A stretch of DNA of 63,009 nucleotides, the filler included, from Chiloscyllium plagiosum (lineage: Eukaryota), in NCBI RefSeq assembly GCF_004010195.1. It is 5 parts of one record of this genome, joined end to end, with 100 filler letters (N's around TTAATTAATTAA, not from the genome) between each part and the next. Parts side by side here need not be neighbours in the genome. Positions count along the whole stretch, not along the records: positions 26,970 to 41,164 come from NC_057716.1; positions 41,265 to 47,459 come from NC_057716.1; positions 47,560 to 56,518 come from NC_057716.1; 2 more parts are not named here. The stretch is one strand, 5' to 3'. The notes under the pieces were generated by a model. The model did no database searches and was not told where the DNA came from. It was given only the letters and a program-made list of their open reading frames with translations. Each line of letters starts with the position of its first letter. Position 1 is the first letter of the stretch. Shown one piece after another: positions 38,875 to 50,820 of this stretch. A program made the position numbers and the translations under genes.

Positions 38875-39835
38875 GCAGTCATCGAGTTATAGAGTCATAC
38901 AGCACAGAAACAGACCCTTCGGTCCAACCAATCCATGCCAAGCATAACCCCAAACTAAACTAATCCTGCCTGCCCTACTTGGCCCATATCCCTCCAAACA
39001 TTTCTTATTCATGTACTTACCTAAACGTTTTTTAAATTAGGTGTACCTGCATCCACCACTTCCTCAGGAGGTTCATTCCACACATGAACAACTCGCTATC
39101 TAAAACAATTGCCCCTAATGTCTGTTTTAAATCTTTCTCCTCTCACCTTAAAAATCTATCTCCAGACTTGAAATTCCCCATCCAATGGAAAAGACACCTG
39201 AAATTCACCTTATCCTTACCGTTCATTATTTCATAGACCTCTACAAAGTCAGCCCTCAACCTAGTGAAAAATGACTCAGACTATCAAGTCACTCCTTAGA
39301 ACTCAAACTCTCCATTCCTGGCAACATCCTGGTAAATTTCTTCTTCATCCTCTCCATCTTAATAATACCTTTCCCAAAACAGGGAAACCAGAACTGGATG
39401 CAGTACTCCAGAACAGGCCTCACCAACGTCCTGTACAACTTCAACTTAACGTCCCATTTCCTATACCCAAAATTCTGAGCCCTGGAGACAAGCATGTTAA
39501 GCATCTCCTTTATCAAATGGGATGCAAACATGAAAGAATGATATACTTGAACTGTAGGACTCTCTGTTCTACCACATTGCCCAAGGCCTTACTTTTAGTT
39601 GTATCATTCTTGCCTTTGTTTGTTTTGCCAAAATGCGATACCTCACATTTATCCAAATTACACTCGATCAGCCACTCTGCAGCCCATCGACCCAATTTGT
39701 AATCACAGACCTCTTCTTCACTGTCAACTATACCACCAATCTTGGTGTCAACTGCAAACTTACTAACCATGCTTTCAGTTTCCTCGTCTAAACCATGCAT
39801 ATAAATGACAACCAAAAGTAAGTTGATTGGGGCAA
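38875..39835 (-). mobile_element. CR1 3' fragment
   Basis: SKFAVDTKIGGIVDSEE, LYRTLVRPVLEYCIQFW, and 3' UTR. Confidence 0.9.
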
Positions 39836-40994
39836 CAAAAAGTGGAAAGCAGTCAAGCAGTGACAGAAGCAAATCTAATGTTGAAAATGAGTTGACTCAT
39901 GTAAAACCTTAATTTAAAGTTCAAAAAAATTCTTTGAAGGGGAAAACCTTTCTTGGGTAACGTTAGACTCAAATATGAATGTTCAACACTGTAGGTTTGG
40001 AATCCCTAGAAAGATTTTACTAACATTTTAATGTGACACTTAATGCATTTGTTAAGACGTTTTAATGAGTAACTGAGTTGTGCTTTTCTCACAATATTAC
40101 AGCTGGAAATAAATTGTATGTTTTTGTATGCCGATAAATTGCTAATGTTAAATCTTAAATACTTCTGGCCTCGGTGGATTCAGATGGTTTAACTTCTGTC
40201 TGTCCTTGCAGCTAATGATCAGACCATGCCGCGATGAGGATCAATAGGTGTCAGACAGAAAGATATCAAGCAGCTACCAAATCCCTCCAGACGTAACCTC
40301 TTCTACAATAAAGGAAATCCACCTGAGAATACTTAAGGCTTTGCTTAACAAACTCTAATTCATGCACACATGGATTCTATATCCAAGGGTCAGAAATGTG
40401 TTGTAATCTATTACTCTAATGACTGTTTTGCATTACCCAAGTGCTATTTATAGCTCTCAAGCTGTGATATTGAGCTCATTACCATAAGCAGTCTTAATGC
40501 AGCACCATTAGCAAGCAATATCCTTGTGCGAACATTTTAAAAAAAAGTTTCAAAGTTATACATGAAGAAGAAATTTATCTAATCAAATTTGAAGTGCTGC
40601 TGTGTGCTCAAGAGAATAGAGAAGCAGGTAACTTCTCTTGATAATGTTTCGACAGAAATTTCTTGATTTGGTTTATAGCAAAATGTTTGGCTGTATTAAA
40701 TTCAGGATATCATTCATTTGCAATAGAATAGGAGGCTTTTAGAACATGAAAGATAAAAGTTCTTCATTCAGATCCTTGAAACTGCTCAATGCTGACATTT
40801 GATCTCAAATCCACATCACTAACCAATCTCCATATCTCTCGATTTGTTTAGATTCCAAGTGACAGATTTTTGTGCAGGAGGTGGATTGATTGCAGATTGT
40901 ATTGTATCTGTCCCCCAGACTATGCTATCCTGTACCACTACCACACTCCTTTTTACCACCAGACTTGAATGGCCTCCTGCATCATTGTGTCATG

Positions 40995-41164
40995 ATTCTG
41001 GATTAGAGTGGTGCTGGAAAAGCACAGCAGGTCAGATAGTATCCAAGGAGCAGGAAAATCAACATTTTGGGCAAAAGCCCTTCATCAGGAATACAGGCAG
41101 AGAGCCTGAAGGTTTGAGAGATAAATGAAAGGAGGGTGGGGGTAGGGAGAAAGTAGCATAGAGT
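40995..41164 (-). mobile_element. PLE terminal repeat cut by a gap
   Basis: agagtggtgctggaaaagcacagcaggtcag...gcccttcatcaggaat. Confidence 0.8.
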
Positions 41165-41874
41165 NNNNNNNNNNNNNNNNNNNNNNNNNNNNNNNNNNNN
41201 NNNNNNNNTTAATTAATTAANNNNNNNNNNNNNNNNNNNNNNNNNNNNNNNNNNNNNNNNNNNNAAAACTGACTTGTAAGGTTGTTGGAAAAGGAAGGCA
41301 ATGCATTCCAGTCATTTTGATCCATGTTGGGATGAACAGTGTGGAAGTGAATATGCAAGATATTCTGTTTGTAGAGTACCAGGAAATAGGAGCCAGGTGA
41401 AGGCACAAAGTTTTAAATGGTTCCTTTTATATGTTTGGTCCTGTCATGGGCAGCAAATATTGTTTATTCCTGATCATTTTTGAGAAGGTAGTAAGTCACC
41501 TTCTTGATATTCTGGTTGAGATAAGTTGACTTATCTCAAGTCAGACATCTTCCTTTGTGCTGTGTTTAACTCCAGCCAATGGTGACATTTTCCCTCATTG
41601 CCATTGACTTCAATTTTAATTGGGCTGTTTGTTGCCAACCTAAGATAAATGCTCCTGTGATTTCACTTTCACCTTGTCTGTAAGATTCAGGTCTCTTTCG
41701 ATATTTGGTTAAAGGCTGTGCAGAGTTCTGGAAATGCACATTGCTGACAGAGAAGTTAAACTGAGGATTGCTGAGCAGATTATTGATGATTAAGAGTTTC
41801 TTGGTAGCATTGTTAATAAAAGCTTCCAACACTTTGGCTAAATGTAGATTGATGCAACTGGTTTGGACTTGTCT

Positions 41875-44800
41875 TTTTCTAAAACCCCCACACTACTGCC
41901 TAACAGCGGTAGTGCTTATTCATTCCACAGTTCCTATGGTGTGTGTGTGTGCACGCAGGTGTGAGACATAGGGAAGAACAATGAGTGTGTAAATCTTTAT
42001 TTGTATTTCACCACCAGGAAGAAAAGAAACACCCGAGTGGCCAGTGATAAGCAGTGCCCTTCTTGACAAAGGGCAGTGCTGCGTGATCAAAAAAAGTGAA
42101 GAGGAGGGCAGGGATTAAATCAAAATAGAGTTGGAAGGGGAAATAAGATACTCCACTCCCTGCGGTGCCCACCTCTCCCTGAACAGCTTGAGGGTGTTGG
42201 TGGACACCGTGTATTCCTTCTCCAGGGACACCCGGGCTTGGACACAACTGCTGAAGAGGGGCAGGCAATCGGATATAACGAAACCCTCCACGGCCCACTG
42301 TTTATGGCCAGTTTGGCCAGGCTCAGGAGCAGACCCACCTCTGACCTACCTACCTACCATTCCTCCCACCCCCCATGCTTGGTGTCCAAAGATTGGGGCT
42401 GAAGTGCAGCTGAAAGCAGAGGCGAGTTTTTAAAAATATCAAAAAGGAAGTGCAAACGCCCACACCCAATATATACATGGTCTGTGAACTTCACAGTACC
42501 ACAGAATAAGCTGATGGGCTGGGAGTCTGTGAGCCAATGCAATCTGCAGCGTCCTCCACCTCAGATCCTGTGTAGAGAGCCCTCCACTGGAGATCCCCAC
42601 TGCCCGGTAGCAAATGGGCACGCCAAGGCCTGTCCGTGCAGTGGATGAGGGAAAAGAGGTGGATGGTGTGCAGCAGCAATCTATACAGGATCTGCTGTTT
42701 TATGTCCCTGAAAGGGGCAGAGCTAAAACTCTGAAGGCAACTCAGATTGTGGGGCACAGGCTCTCGTGAGAAGTATGGGACCTTGGGGCCATTGTGAAAT
42801 TCCGTCCAGCCAGGGGTAAGCGCAGACGGGATTCCACCGCATACCTGAGTATCCTCCAACTGGTGTGCGATATTGGGTCCAAGCACCGCCATTTTAAGGT
42901 GTTGACTGACAGTGGCCATGAATCAACGTCTAGGCTGCTCGCTATATCCTGTGGCAGCATCCAGCCCAGACCCCTGCCACCCATCATGTCCCTGACCTTG
43001 GTCACTCTCGCTATCACGGCCCTCTCCTCTGATAGCCACTCGAACCCGCCAGGATGGAGGTGCAGATTCCTGAGCAACAGCTCCCTGACGACAGCCACTA
43101 CTCCTACTGGTGGGTAGGTGCGACGTGCTTTGACCATGCTCCAGACAGTGATCAGGTCCTGGTAAAAGACAGACAGCATCCTGAGAGCGACCTCCAAACT
43201 GTCATGTCGATGAACAGGAACTGCGTGTCATAGGTGAGGTCACGCACTTGGTGGAAAAAAATACGTTGCCAGGGCGCACCACCTAGAAGGAGGCTTGACG
43301 TAAAGGTATCGCTGCAAAGCCTGAAGGTGGAAAGTTGCCACCTGGGTGCGAACGCACACCAGTGACTGACCGCTCTCCTTGATAGCAAGACTCAGAACCT
43401 GTGCCACATCCCAGTATGTCTTTTAATCCCAGAAGAAGTGAACCAGCATTATCTGGATGTCAGCGACAAACTCAGGAGGAGGGACCAAAGGGACCAGTTA
43501 GTGCCACAGCATGGCAGCCACCAGCTGGTTTATGACCAGCACTTGAATCCTGTAAGATTGCACTTGAAGCAGTCCTATCCAGTGGCTTAGGCGAGTCGAG
43601 ACTTTGGCCTCCAGCTTCTGCCACTTGGCTGGCCAGGATTCCTCAGCCGGCCTGAGGTAGACCCCCAGATAGAAGAGATTGGTGGTACTCCAGGTGAGCC
43701 CCTGTAACTCTCCAGCAGAGAGTACACCTGCCATGGATTGACCACTGGTTGCGAACATTTGGCCCAGTTGATCCTGGTGGAAGACGCTGCCGAGTACACT
43801 CCCTGGCACTCTCCCCATCCAGGTCAGCGAAAGTGAGGAGCATGTCGTTGGCGTAGGCTGAGAGGAAAACCCCGTGACTGCGCCGTGCAGAACCAGCCCC
43901 GACAACCACCTCTGCAAGAGGCACAGGGAATAAAGTTGGCCGGACAGGGGGCACACTTGATGTACTCCTCTCCCAAAGCGAAGGGGCACCTTCAGGGACC
44001 CATTAAATTTAACCAAACGCTGTGCACCGGTGTACAAAAGTCAGATCCGAGCGACTGCATCCTGAACCCAAATGCCTGCAGAGACCCAAGCAGATACTCA
44101 TGATCCACCCCGTTGAATGCCTTCTCCTGGTCGAGAGACAGGAAGGCGCTTGGCAGACCAGTCCATCAACAGAAATTAAATCAGGTCTCCGACCAGATGA
44201 ACGTTGTAGTGTATCCTCCGGCCTGGGACCGTGTAGGTGAATCATGTGGGTCAGCATGGAGGCCAGGCAGGAAACCAACAGCCCAGCAAAAATTTTGTAA
44301 TCGTGCCAAGGAGGGAGACCGGACGCCAGTTCTTCAAAGAATGAAGGTCCCCTTCTTTGGCAGCAGGCTGATGACCACCCTGCGCCAAGAAAGGGGCAGT
44401 TAGACACTCCTGCAGGCCCTGTGTGTAGTTGTTCCCCAGGACCTCCCAGAATGCCTTGAAGAACTCCACAGTCCTGGAGACTTGCTCCTCGAGAGCGGGT
44501 CGAGGACTCCAGTCAGCTCCTCTAATGTGACGGGAGTGTCGAGCCTCCCGATGTCCTCTGGGCTGAGCTGCGGCAGGTCCTCTCACAGAACCCTGTGAGC
44601 ATCCTCGCCAAATGAATCCGGAGAGAACAGAGCCATGTACTAGGAGTGAATTTGGGCCCCGATACCCTCCAGATCTGAGACAAGGGACCCGTTGTCGGCC
44701 AGCAGCATAAGGAACTGCTAACGGGTGCCACGCCTTTTTTCCAGTGCGTAGAAGAAGGGAGAGCTGTGGTCCAGGTCCTGGAGGAGCCGGATCCGTGACC

Positions 44801-45425
44801 TCATGTATGCCCATGGGACCAGATGAGCTGCAGGTCTCACAGTGCGGCCTTCTTGGCTTTGTACACTCCCCGCAGGGCTGGGTCCACATCGGGCTGACCA
44901 AGACGTGACTCCAGATCGAACACCACCTTCTCCAGCTCCTTGATCCTGGATTTCTGCCTCTTTGTCGACTCCTTTGTGTACTCCTGACAGAAAATGCGGA
45001 CACGAGCTTTGTGTACGTCTCACCATAGCCTCAGAGAGGTGAAGCTTCCCGCTTCCTTCTCTAGCCAGTTGAGAAGTGGCAAAATGAGTCCTGGAACTGC
45101 TTGTCCTCCAGCAGCAGGTTGTTAAAGTGCCAGTACACAGACCTGAGCTGGTCGCCAAATGGAAGGAGTTCTGCCCACACCACCTGCCGCATGGAAGCCG
45201 CCGGAACGCAGGAGGCATATGCCTGCGAAACGTACAGGCAGTCGATTCTGGACGCTCCAACCTCAGGCCTCATGAAGGTGAAGGAGATGGAGTTGGGATA
45301 GAGATTCGGCCAGGCATCCACCAGGTCGAAAAACTTGACCAAGTGACCCAACCTCCTCCCTGACGCCAAACCAGACCGGGTACCGCCGTATTCCCTGTCC
45401 TCAAGGATGCAGTTAAAACAGTGAA
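41875..45425 (-). mobile_element. Tx1-like (L1 clade) LINE ORF2, decayed and 5'-truncated
   Basis: GC-rich; EN remnants FNC.L...LVDAW...SRID.LYVS; WHFNN.LLED; FFYALEK; LKNWRPVSLL; GRGV.Q.CPLSG.LY; AYAND; YLGVYL; DLQWRAL; 3' UTR with a GT tract. Confidence 0.9.
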
Positions 45426-45929
45426 CAATACAACTTGCCTGGAACATGAAGCAGTAGTGGAACTGTTTGGGCCTGGGATAATGGCGGGGGCTTTTGCATG
45501 GACACTGACCCGATGGAGAGTCTCCACTGTCCCACTGGTTTGGATTTGTATTGCTTTTTGTGAATGGGGAAATACTGGACAATTTTGTATGTTGTTGGGT
45601 CAGAATCAATTTTATGTCTTACCCTCAAATTATCAGCCAAAGTGCCATCACACACAAAAGTTTGCAATTCAAATGTTCATAATGTAATTACTTATTTGTG
45701 TGATAGGTAGAATGTCTCTGGTTTAAAGGCAGCATCCAGTTAATGAAGGTTACCAATTATTATTGCTGCAAATGAGTAGCATGCACCAGCAAGTTTTACC
45801 AGTTGCTTACTTTTTACAAATTTGATGTAGATGAGGCAGTTTTTAGTTTTGATTTGAGGCCTCATCATGATTTTCCACAATGTGCAGCAAGCAGCAATTT
45901 GGCCATTTAGCATGATAGCTTTGTACCTA

Positions 45930-46035
45930 CACCTGTTGTCTTTCACTGTGTCTCACACCTGCACACACACAACATGGGTGCAAGGGAAAATATGAGCACT
46001 ACCACAGTTAGGCAGTGGTGTGGGGGTTTTCAAAA
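45930..46035 (+). mobile_element. Short 3' UTR fragment of the same Tx1-like family
   Basis: gtctcacacctgcacacac...agcactaccacagttaggcagtggtgtgggggtttt is a diverged reverse complement of 41880-41970. Confidence 0.75.
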
Positions 46036-46630
46036 AATAGTTTTGTACCCTGCTTTGGCATCAAACCTAGATGGTGAGCAAGTGGTTCCAGCTATATTTA
46101 TAAGATTGCCAATACACCAAAATTGTGGCACATGGACATGTAAAAATCTCTAATATGTATTTTCACTGATGATCATAATGAACCTATGAGCAGATTGTTT
46201 TAATCAGGTCATCGACGAAAGGCAGTTAATTTAACTACTCCATTTTAAAAATGAATTTGCCAGTCTGAGTGTAGTAGTTAAATCATAGTTGGCTTCAGCG
46301 TCTGCACTTCGAATTCATTTGGTCAAGATCCACTCAGGATTGCTTTACAGTAACCCTGGTGCTGATGCATATCTGCATTCCAGATGATGACGACAATATA
46401 ATTGTGCAATTCTTTTAAAATTCAAGGTTCAAGCTTGCCCTTGAAGAATACACATCTGGCCAAGGTGCCATTGCCAGTATTTGTGGCACTGTTCTCCAGC
46501 ATTTTGGGAAATAAGTTATGCGAAGAATAGGGAATAAAAAGTATTAATTCATTGTCTTGTCTTTAATGTATTGGCTAATTTTTACTAAGTTTAGGACAGC
46601 AATTATTGCTTTCCATTGCACTAAGCTATA

Positions 46631-46790
46631 ACAGGAGAAGTGAGGACTGCAGATGCTGGAGATAAGTGTCAAGAGTGTGGTGCTAGAAAAGCACAACTGG
46701 TCAGGCAGCATCTGAGAAGCAGGAGAATCAGTGTTTCGGGCATAAGCCTTTCATCAGACCTGCTGTGCTTTTCCAGTACCACACTCTTGA
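46631..46790. mobile_element. PLE-derived fold-back insertion
   Basis: Arms tgtcaagagtgtggtgctagaaaagcaca / tgtgcttttccagtaccacactcttgaca; diverged TSD cactaagctata / cactgagctgta. Confidence 0.82.
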
Positions 46791-46969
46791 CACTGAGCTG
46801 TAGTAGTCATTTGGAATGCTTACAGCATGGAAGGATGCCTTTTGGCCGATCATATCTGTGCTGGTCCACTGCAAGAAGCAATTCTCTTAGTGTCACTGCC
46901 CCATCTTTTTCATGCAGCATTGCACTTTTTAAAAAAATTTCAGGTAACTCCATTCCCTTTTGAATGCCT

Positions 46970-47459
46970 GAGTTATAGAGTCGTAGAGGTGTACAGCATG
47001 GAAACAGACCCTTCGGTCCAACCCGTCCATGCCGACCAGATATCCCAACCCAATCTAGTCCCATCTGCCAGCATCCCTCCAAACACTTCCTATTCATATA
47101 CCCATCCAAATGCCTCTTAAATGTTGCAGTCTCCACCACATCCTCTGGCATCTCATTCCATACACGTATCATCCTTTGCGTGAAAAAGTTGCCCCTTAGG
47201 TCTCTTTTATATCTTTCCCTTCTCACCCTAAACCTATGCCCTCTAGTTCTGGACTCCCTGACCCCAGGGAAAAGACTTTGTCTATTTATCCTATCCATGC
47301 TCCTCATAATTTTGTAAACCTCTATAAGGTCACCCCTCAACCCCTGACACTCCAGGGAAAACAGCCCCAGCCTGTTCAGCCTCTCCCTGTAGCTCAGATC
47401 CTCCAACCCTGGCAACATCCTTGTAAATCTTTTCTGAACCCTTTCAAGCTTCACAACAT
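46970..47459 (-). mobile_element. Young CR1 3' fragment cut by a gap
   Basis: ORF 46807-47454, KLERVQKRFTRMLPGLEDLSYRERL...; 3' UTR. Confidence 0.95.
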
Positions 47460-47559
47460 NNNNNNNNNNNNNNNNNNNNNNNNNNNNNNNNNNNNNNNNN
47501 NNNTTAATTAATTAANNNNNNNNNNNNNNNNNNNNNNNNNNNNNNNNNNNNNNNNNNNN

Positions 47560-50122
47560 TTTTTGAAGATATCTCTTGTAGATATAAACAATGGCGAATC
47601 AGTGAATGTGGTGCAGTCATATTCAGGAAGAGGTTTAATCAGCACACACAGTAAGTTATCAAAAAACATTAAAGCAAAGTGTATTGGGAGGATCATATGC
47701 AAACAGGGGAAGGTAAGCATTAGAGAAACTATTGGAGAACATAGGTGGTGGTAAAAGGTTATTTGTGTGACTGCAGACCGGCGTACGCTGGTGTGCCACA
47801 GGTTTTAGTGCTGTGCCCCTTTAAACACCTTCATTTAAAGGGAATCCGAATACAGACGATGAAGAATCAGTTAGACTCAAAGTGTCAGCTTGCTCTCTCT
47901 TTCCCGTGGTGTCTGACTAACTGTTATCACTCGCATGTGTTGGGTTCAGTGCAGATTCTGCTTCTGCAGTGAATTGCTCCTACTAGAAATAAAGACATTC
48001 TGCACCAGTAACACAGAGAGTTGGTGATACCGTACCTGGACTGTACCTGTACAATTTTGATGTCTTGATATAAGTAAAATATACTGATCACAGAAAATGA
48101 ATGGGCATTCTCCAGATTAACCTCTCAGATGGCACAATGGTCTGCTGAGGAAACTTGGTCTGGGATCAAGGTGGGAATCTGTGTGTGAAACTGGAGAACG
48201 CTAATTGATTGTTATATGAGAACTTCACGTCTTTTACTTGGAAAAAGGAGGTGACAGGTAAAGAATTCAAGAAGATGGACTGGGAGGCTCTTGAACAGAT
48301 TAATGTAAGATGTGAGCAGGGATTGATGGTTTTGGCTGGTCTAAAACTGGACCAATCCCCAGGTCTAGATCAGTTACATCTCAGGCTGCTGTTGGAGACA
48401 AGGAATGAAAGGCGCTGATGCAAATGTTTAAATAGAATCTGGTCACAGGTAAGGTGGCCGAGGACTGGAGACGACCCTTTATAGGAAGCGTTGTGGAGAG
48501 AGAGCAGGGAACTATAGACCGGTGTGTTCAGATCAGTGTTAGAGAAAATTTTGCCAAGAACAGGTTGGTGGTAGAAGGCTGTTTGTGTGACTGGAGAACG
48601 GTGTCCCCTGATGTAACACAGGGATCAGTGCTGTGTCCCTTATTGTTTACGGTATTTATAAATGATGCAGATGTGACTGTGGAGGGGGAATGGCATCGTG
48701 ATAAGTAAGTCTGTGTTGACACAAATATTGGCTGGGTATTTGGCAGTGAGGAGGAAGTTCCTACGTTACAGGAAGATACAGATGGAACGGTCAGATGGTT
48801 GGATCAATGGCAGATGTAACCCTGATAAATATGAGGTGATGCACTTTGGAGGAAGGAACCAGACAGGAGAGTACACAATGAATGGCAGCACACCAGGAAG
48901 TTCAGAGGGTGCTTCTCCACACATCCGTGAACGTATCAGGGGAAGATCAAAGGTTACGTAAAAAATAATTGGAAACAGTCGGCATAGTGTTTACTCATCG
49001 AGGCATTGATTACAAGAGCTGTGTAGCACTTTGGTTAGGACAAGATGGAAAAAAAATCTTTGGGGGTTCTGGAAGCCCCATGACAGGAAGCATGTGATTG
49101 TTCTGGAGGGGGTAGAGAGATTCACCAAGATGTTGCCAAGGATGGAACATATCGGCTACAGAGAGAGATTTCATAAGCTCCCTTTGTTTACTTTGGAGCA
49201 GAGAAGGCTTTGGGGGACGTGATTCAGGATAAGATTACGATGGACATGGACAGGGTGGAGAGACAGCAGCTGTTCCTTGTAGTAAAAGGGCCAAGAACAG
49301 GGGAGCACACGTTTAAAGGGAAGGATTTGAAGTTTAGAGAAGATTCAGGGATTGTTTTTCACCCAGAGGGTGATGCGGTCCAGAATGCACCTCCTGAGGG
49401 GGGTGGGGTGGTCGGCAGCTATCACGGGTCACCTCACAACCATTAAAATGTATTTTGGCGAGCACTTGAAGTGTCAAACCATTCATCGCTGTGGGACTGA
49501 TGTAGTAACGTTGGTTTAATGTAGATCGTGCTGTAATTTTGATGCTACACAGGCTGTGTTTCTTTGATTGTATGGTTGTGGAAGGTCAATCATTGAACAG
49601 CTTAAGACAGGAAGTAATAGGTTTCAGAAGAGTACATTAAACAAGCGTGAAATGTTAAGCTTCTCAAAGTACAATATATCAAGATGAAATGTTGGCAAAG
49701 ATAATTGCAGCTTCCTTACAGTCCAAAACCAGCGAATGGAGAACAGGAGAATGGCAGACTATGAAGCAACTTCTTCAGTTCTGCCTTCATGAAAGAAAAA
49801 AGTTAAAAACTTCCAAGCAATTCCAGGTCTACTGAGAAAAGACAGGAAATACAATCAAATCAGCAAATAATCAGTTTTGGAGAAAATATTTGGACTGAAA
49901 TCTGATAAATCCCCATGGCCTGCTAATCTTTATCCATGATTCCTAAAGGAAGTGGCCATTGTATTAATGAATACTCTGCTTATTGTCTTCCAAATTCCTG
50001 ATGATTCAATTGACAGATTTGAGTGCAACAAATATAACCCCAGTATTTAAAAAGGAGGCAGGGAGAACGTCGGGAATTAGAGTCTGCTTAGCATCAAAGA
50101 AGCAATCAGGACAACACAAGAG
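47560..50122 (+). repeat. Left arm of ~2.56 kb inverted duplication (mosaic of old CR1 fragments)
   Basis: Reverse complement of 50821-53385; paired ORF translations, e.g. 48698-48961(+) vs 51981-52271(-). Confidence 0.92.
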
Positions 50123-50182
50123 TCTATTAGAAAGAATGCTTCGCCAGAGAACTTTGAGAATTAAATTAATTTGAAAGTATTA

Positions 50183-50320
50183 CATAGAACATAGAACAAT
50201 ACAGCATAGAACAGGCCCTTCGGCCCACGATGTTGTGCCGAACATTTGTCCTACCTTAAGCACCCATCCACGTACCTATCCAATTGCCGCTGAAAGGTCA
50301 CCAATGATTCTGACTCTACC
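50183..50320 (-). mobile_element. CR1 3' tail, same subfamily as 16808-18556
   Basis: acatagaacatagaacaatacagc...ggcccttcggcccacgatgttgtgccgaacatttgtcct. Confidence 0.85.
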
Positions 50321-50820
50321 NNNNNNNNNNNNNNNNNNNNNNNNNNNNNNNNNNNNNNNNNNNNNNNNNNNNNNNNNNNNNNNNNNNNNNNNNNNNNNNN
50401 NNNNNNNNNNNNNNNNNNNNNNNNNNNNNNNNNNNNNNNNNNNNNNNNNNNNNNNNNNNNNNNNNNNNNNNNNNNNNNNNNNNNNNNNNNNNNNNNNNNN
50501 NNNNNNNNNNNNNNNNNNNNNNNNNNNNNNNNNNNNNNNNNNNNNNNNNNNNNNNNNNNNNNNNNNNNNNNNNNNNNNNNNNNNNNNNNNNNNNNNNNNN
50601 NNNNNNNNNNNNNNNNNNNNNNNNNNNNNNNNNNNNNNNNNNNNNNNNNNNNNNNNNNNNNNNNNNNNNNNNNNNNNNNNNNNNNNNNNNNNNNNNNNNN
50701 NNNNNNNNNNNNNNNNNNNNNNNNNNNNNNNNNNNNNNNNNNNNNNNNNNNNNNNNNNNNNNNNNNNNNNNNNNNNNNNNNNNNNNNNNNNNNNNNNNNN
50801 NNNNNNNNNNNNNNNNNNNN

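Noticed and set aside
46164..46285. Possible C/D snoRNA (tgatga...ctga) and an 11-bp hairpin atttaactact/agtagttaaat
   Set aside because: C box lacks the leading purine, terminal stem is only 3 bp, no recognisable guide, and the AT-rich hairpin is plausible by chance.
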